Assembly: GCA_963713955.1 (NCBI GenBank)
Contig: OY970216.1
Location: 296,850-360,849, forward strand
Direction of reading: 5' to 3'
Origin: an uncultured bacterium
GTDB taxonomy: Bacteria > Patescibacteriota > Minisyncoccia > UBA6257 > GWB1-50-10
Length of the DNA: 64,000 nucleotides
The notes beneath the pieces were generated by a model. It made no database searches and was not told where the DNA came from. It saw nothing but the letters and a program-made list of their open reading frames with translations. The position numbers were made by a program, and so were the translations under genes. Below are positions 20,381-29,670 of the stretch, piece after piece (positions within the stretch are counted from its first letter, which is position 1; the number at the start of each line of letters is the position of its first letter).

Positions 20381-20440
20381 ATTAAATTGAAAAAGGTATC
20401 GTTGAAGCGGTCGCGAAAGCCATAGCGTAAGCGGCGATTC

Positions 20441-22012
20441 ATGAAAAACTATACGAAAAAAGCGGCGATTTTTTTTAAGAGACCAAGAAATCTCGTTATC
20501 GGAATCATTGTCCTGGGGATCGTTCTCTTTTTCATTCTCGGCGGCAAGAAGCAGCCGGTCAATAACCTCATAACGATAAAAAGAGGATCGGTGGTGCAGG
20601 ACATCGTCGTGACGGGGGATATAACATCCGAAGAGAACGTGGATCTTTCGTTCCCCGTGGGCGGTAACATAAGTAAGATTTTCGTCGCAACCGGTGACAA
20701 GGTGGGTACGGGGGATATTCTCCTCGCCGAGGATGCGAGCGTTTTGGAAGCTCAGTTGCAGCAGGCGGAAGCGAGCGTTGCCGCGGACGAAGCGAACCTG
20801 GCAACTCTCGAGAGCGGAGCGACGCCGGAGGACGTCAGTGTTTCCGAAGCCGAGGTTGCGAGTGCGGAGAGCGCGCTTGCCGACGCAAAGAGGGCCGCCG
20901 TGAACGCAATCAAAGATGCGTACACGAAAGCCGACGACGCGGTTCATAACCAAACCGATCAAATTTTCACGAATCCGCGGACGAGCAATCCCCAACTTCT
21001 GTTCACGATACCCGACCAACAGCTCACGGTGAATATCGACGCCGAGCGGGTAGGGGTCGAATCCGATTTCAGCGCTTGGAGTACTGCGCTCCAGAGTCTC
21101 GGTTCTTCCGACGATCTTCTGCCGGTCATAAAACAAACCAAGGCGTATCTCGACGACATCCAAAGTTTTCTGACTGACGTTGCGTCAGCCCTGAACGTCG
21201 CAAATCCCTCCACGGGCGCCACGCAAGCCGCTTTGAGTTCTTGGAAAACCGCTGTCGCGGCCGGCAGGACGGAAACGGGGACAACCCTCACAAACGTCAT
21301 CGGAGTTGAATCGTCGCTGAATGCGGCAGAGACCGCTCTCACGGTTGCCCAAAAACAGCTAGCCTTGAAACAAGCTCCGGCGACGGCCGACCAAGTAGCG
21401 GCTGAGGAAGCCCAAGTGGAACAAGCCAAGGCGAACGTGGCCGTGATCCAAGCGCAAATCAACCAAATGGTGCTCGAGTCACCCCTTTCGGGCATCGTGA
21501 CGAATGTCGTGCCGAAGAAAGGTGAGGTGGTAACGGCGGGGGAAACGGTCGTTTCGATCATGGGGATCAACAGTTTGGAAGTTGAGGCGTACGTGGCGGA
21601 GGCGGACGTCGCGAAGCTTACGGTTGGCGACCCAGTTTCCATGACCTTTGATGCCTTGCCCGGCGAAAATTTCACGGGGAAAGTTTTTTCCATCGATCCG
21701 GCGGAGACCGTCTTGAACGGCGTCGCCAATTACAAGATAAAAGTGAGTTTTGACAAAATGGATCCCCGATTCAAGAGCGGACTCACGGCGAACTTGACCA
21801 TAGAAACGGAGCGGAAAGACGGCGTTCTCGTGGCACCGCAGTTTGCGATCATCCAGAACGATCAGGGAACGTTCGCTACTAAAGTGGTGAACGGCAAAGA
21901 GGAACAAGTGCCGATCATCCTCGGCATCCAGGACCAGAACGGCAATGCGGAAGTCGTGAGCGGTCTTTCGGAAGGCGATCAGGTCCTGAACGTCGGGTTG
22001 AAGCAGCAATGA
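20441..22012 (+). CDS. HlyD/MacA-type periplasmic adaptor (membrane fusion protein) with long coiled coil
   Basis: N-terminal TM helix; biotinyl/lipoyl-like beta-hairpin; extended Ala/Glu-rich coiled coil; immediately upstream of the MacB-like ABC pair. Confidence 0.75.
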   Translation: MKNYTKKAAIFFKRPRNLVIGIIVLGIVLFFILGGKKQPVNNLITIKRGSVVQDIVVTGDITSEENVDLSFPVGGNISKIFVATGDKVGTGDILLAEDASVLEAQLQQAEASVAADEANLATLESGATPEDVSVSEAEVASAESALADAKRAAVNAIKDAYTKADDAVHNQTDQIFTNPRTSNPQLLFTIPDQQLTVNIDAERVGVESDFSAWSTALQSLGSSDDLLPVIKQTKAYLDDIQSFLTDVASALNVANPSTGATQAALSSWKTAVAAGRTETGTTLTNVIGVESSLNAAETALTVAQKQLALKQAPATADQVAAEEAQVEQAKANVAVIQAQINQMVLESPLSGIVTNVVPKKGEVVTAGETVVSIMGINSLEVEAYVAEADVAKLTVGDPVSMTFDALPGENFTGKVFSIDPAETVLNGVANYKIKVSFDKMDPRFKSGLTANLTIETERKDGVLVAPQFAIIQNDQGTFATKVVNGKEEQVPIILGIQDQNGNAEVVSGLSEGDQVLNVGLKQQ

Positions 22013-22126
22013 CCGGGCTGGCGTAGGATTATGCCTCGTAGGACAACTTCGAGGTCAGGATTCTTGACCAAGAGATTAAAGGTCTACCATTCAAACAAAG
22101 AATAATTCGAAGTTGTACTACAGGGT

Positions 22127-22837
22127 ATGCTTTCCGTTAGAAATCTCTCAAAAGTGTATCAGGATGACGGCACGGAAACGCAGGCCTTGACCGGCATTTC
22201 TTTTGAGGTGAAAAAGGGAGAGTTCATCGCCATCATGGGACCTTCCGGCTCCGGCAAATCGACGCTCCTCCACATTCTCGGGTTTCTCGATCGGCCGACG
22301 GGCGGCGCGTACTCTTTTTTCGGAAAGGAAATAGAAGACTTGAATGACCTCGAGCTCGCCGAGATACGGAACGAGGAGATGGGATTCGTATTTCAGGATT
22401 TCAATCTCTTGGGACGATCATCCGTTTATGAAAACGTGGAACTCCCCCTCCTTTACAGCAATAAGATCTCTCTGCGGCAGAGGAGAGCGGCCGTCGAGAA
22501 AGCGGTGTCCTCGGTCGGACTTTCGGAGAAATTCTCCGTCGAAGCGGGAAAGCTTTCGGGAGGGCAAAAACAGAGGGTCGCGATCGCACGGGCGCTGGTT
22601 GTAAGTCCGAACGTCATATTCGCCGATGAGCCGACCGGCAATTTGGATTCCAAGTCCGGCGGTCAGGTCATGGACATCCTCCGGGAGCTTAACGACGCCG
22701 GGCACACGGTGATCCTCGTGACTCATGAGACGTACACGGCCGAATTCGCCGAGCGACTGATCCATTTGAAAGACGGGAAAATTGAGAGCGACGCGCCAGT
22801 CACAAAGAGGCGAGGAATAGATCAATTCATTAAATAG
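22127..22837 (+). CDS. ABC transporter ATP-binding protein (MacB/LolD-type)
   Basis: Walker [10 protein letters not shown]; signature [15 protein letters not shown]; Walker [12 protein letters not shown]. Confidence 0.9.
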   Translation: MLSVRNLSKVYQDDGTETQALTGISFEVKKGEFIAIMGPSGSGKSTLLHILGFLDRPTGGAYSFFGKEIEDLNDLELAEIRNEEMGFVFQDFNLLGRSSVYENVELPLLYSNKISLRQRRAAVEKAVSSVGLSEKFSVEAGKLSGGQKQRVAIARALVVSPNVIFADEPTGNLDSKSGGQVMDILRELNDAGHTVILVTHETYTAEFAERLIHLKDGKIESDAPVTKRRGIDQFIK

Positions 22838-22838
22838 A

Positions 22839-24083
22839 ATGCGGTTCAATGATGCGTTCAAAGCAGCGGTGAAGAGTGTAAAGCATTCCAAGATGCGCTC
22901 CTTTCTCACGATTCTTGGGATCGTGATCGGCGTGGCGTCCGTCATCATTTTGATGTCCGTTGGGCAGTCGGCTCAGGATTACATCCTGAATCAGGTGAAG
23001 GGAGTCGGTTCCAATTTAATTTTCATCATACCCGGCGGGACGAGCGGCTCCAAATTTTCCGCGCCCGCTTCGGAGCGGGGAATCGTAATCAAGACCTTGA
23101 CGGCAACCGACGTGACCGCCCTCGAGCGGGAGCCGACGATCACGGCCGTCGCGCCCCTCGTGAACGGCCAGGCGACCGTGGCGTACGGTAACAATGACAC
23201 CTCGATCCCGTACGAAGGAGTCACGGCCGAATTCTTCCCCATGAGGGGCTTTGATGTTTCCCAAGGGAGAGTTTTCAATCAGTCCGACGTTGATTCTTCG
23301 AACCGGGTCGTGATTCTCGGTCCCACCGTCGCGAAGACGCTTTTCGGCGACATGACGCCGATCGGCAAATTCGTGCGGTTGGGAAACATCCCGCTCCAAG
23401 TGGTCGGGATTCTTGAGAACAAGGGAGTGGGACCCGGCGGAGTTGATCAGGATAACATGGCGCTCGTGCCGATAACGATCGCGCAAAACCAGCTTCTTGG
23501 AGTCAATTACTACGGTTACATCCTCGTGCAGGCGAGCGATTCGTACAGCATCAACTTCACCGAGTCGCGGGTCGTGACCGTCTTGCGGCAAACGCACCAT
23601 GTTACCGATCCGACCAAGGACGATTTCACGGTGGAAACGCAGGCTGACATCCTTTCGATTCTCGGCAACATCACGTCGGTCATGACGATATTCTTAACCG
23701 CTATCGCCTCCATATCGCTCATCGTGGGCGGCATCGGCATTATGAACATCATGCTCGTCTCAGTTATCGAACGGACGAGGGAAATCGGTCTCCGGAAGGC
23801 AGTCGGGGCGACGACGGCCGACATCTTGAAGCAATTCTTGACGGAAGCAACCCTCCTCACGTTTTTAGGCGGAATCATCGGGATCATGTTGGGTGGTCTC
23901 GTGACTTTTGGGGCTTACCTCGTGATCGCCAGAGCCCTCGCCGTTGACTGGACGTTCACTCTCCCCCTGAAAGCCGTCCTTTTGGGCGCGGGAGTCTCGA
24001 TACTGACCGGCATGGTTTTCGGATTCTATCCGGCTCGCCAGGCAGCTAGAAAGAGCCCCATTGAAGCGCTCCACTATGAGTGA
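22839..24083 (+). CDS. ABC transporter permease, FtsX/MacB family
   Basis: N-terminal TM helix plus large periplasmic domain plus C-terminal 3 TM helices with FtsX-like motif; start overlaps the ATPase stop. Confidence 0.85.
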   Translation: MRFNDAFKAAVKSVKHSKMRSFLTILGIVIGVASVIILMSVGQSAQDYILNQVKGVGSNLIFIIPGGTSGSKFSAPASERGIVIKTLTATDVTALEREPTITAVAPLVNGQATVAYGNNDTSIPYEGVTAEFFPMRGFDVSQGRVFNQSDVDSSNRVVILGPTVAKTLFGDMTPIGKFVRLGNIPLQVVGILENKGVGPGGVDQDNMALVPITIAQNQLLGVNYYGYILVQASDSYSINFTESRVVTVLRQTHHVTDPTKDDFTVETQADILSILGNITSVMTIFLTAIASISLIVGGIGIMNIMLVSVIERTREIGLRKAVGATTADILKQFLTEATLLTFLGGIIGIMLGGLVTFGAYLVIARALAVDWTFTLPLKAVLLGAGVSILTGMVFGFYPARQAARKSPIEALHYE

Positions 24084-24102
24084 TTGTTAAAAAGCCCCAC
24101 TT

Positions 24103-24136
24103 GCCCCGCACAAAAACTCGTTTTTGTGCGGGGTCG
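24103..24136 (+). terminator. terminator-like hairpin (14-bp perfect stem ccccgcacaaaaac / gtttttgtgcgggg)
   Basis: Read from the sequence 20 nt after the permease stop; no long U-run, so it may not be a real terminator. Confidence 0.35.
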
Positions 24137-24286
24137 AAGTCTTGCATTATGAGTAAAGCCTTGTTACGATAACGCCCATGTGGGCAAGATTGGAATTTTG
24201 GATATTCGTCCTCATAGGATTTGCTCTCGTGTATTATGGCTACACGAGAGTTTTAGGATAGATCCCTATATAAACCCTCCTCCAAG

Positions 24287-24360
24287 AGACCAGGGAATAA
24301 AAAAGTGGGTAAGACTTGGGCTAGCGCCCCGGAGCGCACACTTTTTTGTTCCCTGGTCTC
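24287..24360 (+). repeat. family-2 structured element, copy 1
   Basis: Outer 12-bp stem gagaccagggaa/ttccctggtctc, inner aaaaaagtg/cactttttt, core gggtaagacttgggctagcgccccggagcgcacac; a TATAAT follows at 24376. Confidence 0.5.
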
Positions 24361-24388
24361 TTGCTCTCCCCTTTGTTATAATGGAAAC

Positions 24389-24616
24389 ATGATAAACATA
24401 GAGGGTAATTGGCTATTGGCGACGATAGTCATCATATGGGTCCTGCCGTGGAAAGGGGTTGCGTTGTGGAGAGCGGCGAAGTTGTCCCAGAAGTGGTGGT
24501 TTGTCGTGCTTCTCGTTCTGAACACGCTTGCCATTCTTGAGATTCTTTACATTTTCGTGTTTTCCAAATCTGCGATGAAAAAGCAGAATTTGGCTGAAAA
24601 ATCGATATCACAATAG
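24389..24616 (+). CDS. small 2-TM membrane protein
   Basis: ORF 24305-24616 trimmed to Met at 24389 (MINIEGNWLLATIVIIWVLPW...); the upstream part of the ORF is translation of the repeat element. Confidence 0.45.
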   Translation: MINIEGNWLLATIVIIWVLPWKGVALWRAAKLSQKWWFVVLLVLNTLAILEILYIFVFSKSAMKKQNLAEKSISQ

Positions 24617-24654
24617 GTCGGGGAGGGGTTAAAGCCGAGAAGGCTAACCGAAAA

Positions 24655-25128
24655 ATGAAATTGAAGGTAGGCAAAACTGCTCCGGATTTCGAGTTGCCGG
24701 ATCAGGAAGGAAAGAAACAAAAACTTTCCGGTTACCGCCGGAGGTGGGTTTTGATCTATTTCTATCCCAAGGACGACACGCCGGGATGCACCGCGGAGGC
24801 CTGCATGATCCGCGATTATTTCCCGGATTTCAGGAAATTGAAGGCAAAAGTTCTGGGCATAAGCGTCGATTCGGTGAAAAGTCACGAGAAGTTTGCGAAG
24901 AAATACCAGCTGCCGTTCACGCTCCTTTCGGATGAGAAAAAAGAGGTTGTCGGGAAATACGGCGTGTGGGGGGAGAAAAAATTCATGGGCCGGACGTATG
25001 AAGGAACACTCCGGACGTCGTTCTTGATTGACCCCACGGGGAAAATCGTGAAGATCTACGAGAATGTCAAGCCGGAAATCCACGCGAAAGAAGTCCTCAC
25101 CGATTTGAAAAAGCTGAAGAAGCGATGA
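24655..25128 (+). CDS. bcp: peroxiredoxin Bcp (thioredoxin-dependent thiol peroxidase)
   Basis: KAPDFELPDQEGKK...YFYPKDDTPGCTAEAC is a canonical Bcp/AhpC-TSA motif. Confidence 0.9.
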   Translation: MKLKVGKTAPDFELPDQEGKKQKLSGYRRRWVLIYFYPKDDTPGCTAEACMIRDYFPDFRKLKAKVLGISVDSVKSHEKFAKKYQLPFTLLSDEKKEVVGKYGVWGEKKFMGRTYEGTLRTSFLIDPTGKIVKIYENVKPEIHAKEVLTDLKKLKKR

Positions 25129-25397
25129 AAAAGACGTATGAAGTGAAAGTTTCCGGTCGAGTCCAGGGTGTCAACTTCAGATACTCGGCAATGAAGAAAG
25201 CGATCGGGCTTGGCATTGTTGGTTTCGTTCGCAATGAATCCGACGGAACGGTGCTTATCGAAGCGGAGGGCGAGGAAGAATCGCTTGAAAAGTTCCTGGC
25301 TTGGTGCCGCAAGGGTCCTTTCTTCGCCAAAGTCGATCGGCTGGACTTTTCCGAGATTCCGGCGCGCGATTACTCCGACTTCAAAATCGCACGGTGA
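25125..25397 (+). CDS. acyP: acylphosphatase
   Basis: VSGRVQGVNFRYSAMKKAIGLGIVGFVRNESDGTV is the acylphosphatase signature; 90 aa. Confidence 0.85.
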   Translation: MKKTYEVKVSGRVQGVNFRYSAMKKAIGLGIVGFVRNESDGTVLIEAEGEEESLEKFLAWCRKGPFFAKVDRLDFSEIPARDYSDFKIAR

Positions 25398-25406
25398 TTT
25401 CTTATT

Positions 25407-27047
25407 ATGTCTGAGTTTTACGAAAATCTGAAAAAAGCGGTGAAGGGGGACGTTTTGAATGATGAGGAAACACTCACGAAGTACGGCGAAGATTATTCCA
25501 TCTTCAAGGTAAAACCGCAGGCCGTCGTTTTCCCCAAGGACATTGAAGACGTTAAAAGTTTGGTGAAATTCGCGACTGAGAGGAGACGGAAAGGAGAGAA
25601 CATGTCCCTTACAGGTCGCTCGGCGGGAACCGATATGTCGGGCGGACCCTTGAATGAATCGGTTATCGTCGAGTTTGTGAAATATTTCAACCATGTGCGC
25701 GAAATAGGTTCTGACTATGCCATCGTTGAGCCGGGTGTCTACTTCAGGGATTTCGAAAAACAACTTCAGGGAAAAGGATTGCTCTACCCTCCCTATCCGG
25801 CCTCGAAAGATCTCTGCGCTTTGGGCGGGATGGTGAACAACAATTCGGGCGGGGAACTCACACTCCAGTACGGCAAGACGGAAAATTTCGTCGAGGAACT
25901 CACACTTGTCATGTCCGACGGCGAAGAGCATCGCTTGAGGCCGCTTGTCGGGGATGCATTGCAGAGCAAGTTGAGTGAGGAGAGTTTCGAGGGCGACCTC
26001 TACCGGAAGTTGTATCGGCTGATAGAAGATAATTACGATGTCATCATGGCTGCCAAGCCGAAAGTTTCCAAGAATTCAGCCGGCTACTACCTCTGGAATG
26101 TCTGGGATAAGAAAACATTCGACATCACGAAACTCGTCGTCGGTTCCCAGGGAACCCTCGGGCTTTTGACATCGGCGAAACTCCGTCTTGTGAAGGCTCC
26201 GAAATATACCCGGCTCATTGTCGTGTTTTCCAGAACGCTTGACCCGATTCCGGATTTGGTCGACGCGGTACTGCCCCTGAAACCCGACAGCATCGAGTCG
26301 TACGACGACAAGACGCTCGGGCTTGCCCTGAAATTCTTTCCGGCGCTTTTGAAACTCATGAAAGGAAGCGTTTTCAAGATGATCGTCGAATTCCTGCCGG
26401 AAGTGGGAATGATCATTCGGGGCGGTGTGCCGAAGATGATTCTCTTGGTCTCGGTGTCGGCGGACGATGCGTCTGCCTTGGAAGAGAAATCGCGGGCGGT
26501 CGTGACGGCGATCAAAAGATTCCCGGTTCAAATACGCTCCGTGAGAGACAAAGCGGAAGCGCAGGAGTACTGGACGATCAGACGCCAAAGTTTTAATTTG
26601 CTCCACAGCCACGTGAAAGGTATGTATGCGGCGCCCTTCATCGATGACATTATCGTGGATCCGAAGTACATGCCGGAGCTTCTGCCGCAGGTGAACGCCA
26701 TTTTGGACAGACACAAGGATAAGCTCGTCTACACCATCGCCGGACATCCGGGCAACGGCAATTTCCATATCATCCCCTTAGTGCACTTGAATGATCCGGA
26801 AACGCGGAAGATCATTCCGGAGGTGACGGAAGAGGTCTACAAGCTGGTTTTCAAGTACGGCGGCTCGATAACGGCCGAGCATAATGACGGCTTGATCCGG
26901 ACGCCGTATCTTAAGGAAATGTACGGCGAGAAGATTGTATCGCTCTTTGCCGAAGTGAAGAAGATTTTCGATCCGCTTGGCATTTTCAATCCTGGAAAGA
27001 AAGTTGGCGCGACGCTTGAATACGCGGCAGAACACATGAAAGAATAG
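25407..27047 (+). CDS. FAD-linked oxidase (GlcD/D-lactate dehydrogenase-like, PCMH-type FAD domain)
   Basis: FAD_binding_4-like N-terminal domain (SLTGRSAGTDMSGGPL) and FAD-oxidase C-terminal domain. Confidence 0.75.
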   Translation: MSEFYENLKKAVKGDVLNDEETLTKYGEDYSIFKVKPQAVVFPKDIEDVKSLVKFATERRRKGENMSLTGRSAGTDMSGGPLNESVIVEFVKYFNHVREIGSDYAIVEPGVYFRDFEKQLQGKGLLYPPYPASKDLCALGGMVNNNSGGELTLQYGKTENFVEELTLVMSDGEEHRLRPLVGDALQSKLSEESFEGDLYRKLYRLIEDNYDVIMAAKPKVSKNSAGYYLWNVWDKKTFDITKLVVGSQGTLGLLTSAKLRLVKAPKYTRLIVVFSRTLDPIPDLVDAVLPLKPDSIESYDDKTLGLALKFFPALLKLMKGSVFKMIVEFLPEVGMIIRGGVPKMILLVSVSADDASALEEKSRAVVTAIKRFPVQIRSVRDKAEAQEYWTIRRQSFNLLHSHVKGMYAAPFIDDIIVDPKYMPELLPQVNAILDRHKDKLVYTIAGHPGNGNFHIIPLVHLNDPETRKIIPEVTEEVYKLVFKYGGSITAEHNDGLIRTPYLKEMYGEKIVSLFAEVKKIFDPLGIFNPGKKVGATLEYAAEHMKE

Positions 27048-27055
27048 GAGAATGA

Positions 27056-27132
27056 GAAACCGGCGAAACAAAAAAGTGTGCGCTCCGAGGCCGCTAGGCC
27101 GGTCTTACCCATCTTTTTGTTTCGCCGGTTTC
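27056..27132 (-). repeat. family-2 structured element, copy 2 (inverted orientation)
   Basis: Outer 14-bp stem gaaaccggcgaaac/gtttcgccggtttc; core is the reverse complement of copy 1 with compensatory changes (ggcctagcggcc versus gggctagcgccc); begins 9 nt after the FAD-oxidase stop. Confidence 0.5.
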
Positions 27133-27157
27133 CTTTAGTGTATAAAGGAAGGAATAT

Positions 27158-28321
27158 GTGTTTTCTATGTTTAGTTTCCGCGTTTTGAAGAAAGATAAAA
27201 ATTCACTGGCTCGCACCGGCGTCATCGAAACTCCTCACGGCGTTGTCGAGACGCCGGCGTACGTCGTGGTCGGTACGAACGCGGCTGTCCGGACGCTCAC
27301 ACCCCACGATATCACGGAAACCAAGACGCAGATCGTCATTGTGAACACCTACCACATGTGGAAAGATTTGGGCGAGAAGTTGGAAACGTTCAGCGGGTTG
27401 CACGAGAAGATGGAATGGAGTGGGCCCTTGATGACCGACAGTGGGGGATTCCAGGTTTTCAGTTTCGGTTTTGGAAGGGAACACGGAATCGGAAAGGTAA
27501 GAGAAGTACCCAGTCGCTCTTCCGAAAATCTGACGAAGATAACCGAAGAAGGTGTTTATTTTTATGATGACAAAGAAAGATTTTTGAGTCCAGAAATCTC
27601 GATGCATATCCAGGAAAAGCTGGGAGCCGATATTGTATTCGCCTTTGACGAATGCACATCGCCTTTGAACAGTTATAAGTACGTGAAAGATAGTATGGAG
27701 AGAACACATCGGTGGGCTCTGCGATCGCTTGCGACAAAGATGAGAAGTGACCAAGCACTCTATGGCATCGTTCAGGGAGGAGAGTTCAGAGACTTGCGTG
27801 AAGAAAGTGCCCGGGTTATCGGCAGGATGGCGTTTGAAGGGCTCGCCATCGGCGGATCATTCGGCAAACTAGAAATGCATGATGTTCTCCGATGGACGGT
27901 GCCGCTTCTTCCCGATGGAAAGCCGCGACACCTTTTAGGAATTGGGAGGATCGAGGATGTCCTAAATGCCGTCGAGCTTGGTATTGATACATTTGATTGC
28001 GTGATCCCAACGAGGGAGGCGCGCCACGGATCGCTTTGGACGGAGGGTGGACGCTTCGATGTCAGAAAAGGAAAGTATGAGAATGATGAAAATAGAATTC
28101 AGGATGACTGCTCATGTCCCGTTTGTTCCAAAAACGTGACGAGGAGCGAGTTGCACAATCTTTTCAAATTGAGAGACCGGGAAGCCGGGAGATTGGCGAC
28201 GATCCATAACGTCTGGTTTTTCAACGATCTGATGCGGCGGATCAGAGAATCGATAAAAGAAGGAAAATTTGGAGAATTGAAGAAGGAATACCTTGAATTA
28301 GGGGTTAGGCATAGGGTATAG
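27158..28321 (+). CDS. tgt: queuine tRNA-ribosyltransferase
   Basis: LMTDSGGFQVFS active-site region, LAIGG motif, zinc site CSCPVC..H. Confidence 0.85.
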   Translation: MFSMFSFRVLKKDKNSLARTGVIETPHGVVETPAYVVVGTNAAVRTLTPHDITETKTQIVIVNTYHMWKDLGEKLETFSGLHEKMEWSGPLMTDSGGFQVFSFGFGREHGIGKVREVPSRSSENLTKITEEGVYFYDDKERFLSPEISMHIQEKLGADIVFAFDECTSPLNSYKYVKDSMERTHRWALRSLATKMRSDQALYGIVQGGEFRDLREESARVIGRMAFEGLAIGGSFGKLEMHDVLRWTVPLLPDGKPRHLLGIGRIEDVLNAVELGIDTFDCVIPTREARHGSLWTEGGRFDVRKGKYENDENRIQDDCSCPVCSKNVTRSELHNLFKLRDREAGRLATIHNVWFFNDLMRRIRESIKEGKFGELKKEYLELGVRHRV

Positions 28322-28384
28322 AAAACCTCCCGAGCACTGAAAGCGCTTGGGAGGTCGTGTTGTTTCTGTTATAATAAAGGAGAA

Positions 28385-29590
28385 ATGAATCCCCACTACC
28401 GAAGCAGCTTCACCCTGATCGAACTCCTGGTCGTGATTGCGATCCTTGCCGTCTTAGCGACTGCCGTCGTCTTGGTCTTGAACCCTTCCCAGCTTCTTGC
28501 TCAAGGAAGAGACTCCACGAGATTGTCTGATCTTGCAGCCCTCCAGAGCTCCCTTGCTCTCTTCCAGGCAGATCAATGGAATCAATCCTTAGGAACCGCC
28601 TCAACAACATATCTCTCAATCCCCGATTCATCACCAACCTGCCAGAATACCGGCATCGTTCCTCCTCCAGGATGGAGTTATCACTGTTCTCCCGCATCAA
28701 CCTATGCCAAGACCGATGGATCCGGCTGGATCCCCCTGAACTTCACCCTCATATCGTCAGGAAGCCCCCTCTCAAAGCTTCCCATCGATCCCGTGAACAC
28801 TACCTCCTCCGGTCTCTACTACACCTATACCCCCGGAGGATCGTATGCCATCTCCGGCATGATGGAATCGCAGAAGTACCTCCCAACTGCAGCCAATGAC
28901 CAGGGCTATGATCCGGGACGCTATGAAGCCGGCTCCGACATCTCCCTCATTGCGAAGAGTGAAGGCCTAGTCGGCTGGTGGCCCCTCGATGGGAGCGCGA
29001 ATGACATGTCTGGGAACGGGAATCAGGGGACGTGGTTTGGATCCCTTATCGGAGGTTCCCACTATACCCAGGGGAAGGTAGGATCTGCAGGGAATTTCAA
29101 TGGAAGTGACAGTTATATAGATCTCAACTACAACCCCGCGATTGGTATGGGAAGTTTCTCTATCAGTCTATGGTTTAATTCTCAGGATAACACTGGCGTC
29201 TTGGGTAATCTCCAATTTTTGCTGAATAAATACCATGCGAGTGGCAGCAGATTTGATATCTATTTGACTGCGGACGGGACCGGTTTGTGTTACTACGTCC
29301 AAGGTGACAACGGTTACTTTGGCGGTTGCCCAGCCGTAGTGGCAAGAGGTGCGTGGAACTATGCGGTATTGGTTAGGGATGCATTGAGCGGTAAAGTCAG
29401 TTTATATCTCAATGGTTCTTTGGTGAGCAGTCAAAGTGACACAAGCGGGAACATACCGGTGACCGGCGGCTTTGTCTATGGGAATCAAGACAATCAACGA
29501 TGGGCGAAGGGTTTCGGTGATGACCTTCGCATTTACAACCGTGCTCTCTCCGCCGCGGAGATTGCTGCCATCTATAACGCCCAGCGATAG
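28385..29590 (+). CDS. type IV pilin-like protein with C-terminal LamG/ConA-like domain, paralog 2
   Basis: MNPHYRSSFTLIELLVVIAILAVLATAVV; the first ~200 aa are about 80% identical to paralogs 1 and 3; C-terminal DDLRIYNRALSAAEIAAIYNAQR. Confidence 0.75.
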   Translation: MNPHYRSSFTLIELLVVIAILAVLATAVVLVLNPSQLLAQGRDSTRLSDLAALQSSLALFQADQWNQSLGTASTTYLSIPDSSPTCQNTGIVPPPGWSYHCSPASTYAKTDGSGWIPLNFTLISSGSPLSKLPIDPVNTTSSGLYYTYTPGGSYAISGMMESQKYLPTAANDQGYDPGRYEAGSDISLIAKSEGLVGWWPLDGSANDMSGNGNQGTWFGSLIGGSHYTQGKVGSAGNFNGSDSYIDLNYNPAIGMGSFSISLWFNSQDNTGVLGNLQFLLNKYHASGSRFDIYLTADGTGLCYYVQGDNGYFGGCPAVVARGAWNYAVLVRDALSGKVSLYLNGSLVSSQSDTSGNIPVTGGFVYGNQDNQRWAKGFGDDLRIYNRALSAAEIAAIYNAQR

Positions 29591-29643
29591 TATCAAGTAT
29601 CATGTAGCAAGTGGAAAGTATTAAATCCCATCTACTTGATACT
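29589..29643. terminator. conserved 3' hairpin shared by pilin paralogs 2 and 3 (11-bp perfect stem agtatcaagta / tacttgatact, about 33-nt loop)
   Basis: Sits between the convergent pilin-2 and recG stops; the same stem sequence follows pilin paralog 3 at 59027-59100. Confidence 0.45.
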
Positions 29644-29670
29644 TTCTACTTAGTACTTCCTACCTGTCGA

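Noticed and set aside
20072-21163. 363-aa minus-strand ORF
   Set aside because: Antisense to the glutaredoxin and HlyD genes. Its Arg/Pro-rich composition matches antisense translation of a GC-biased coding strand. No start context.
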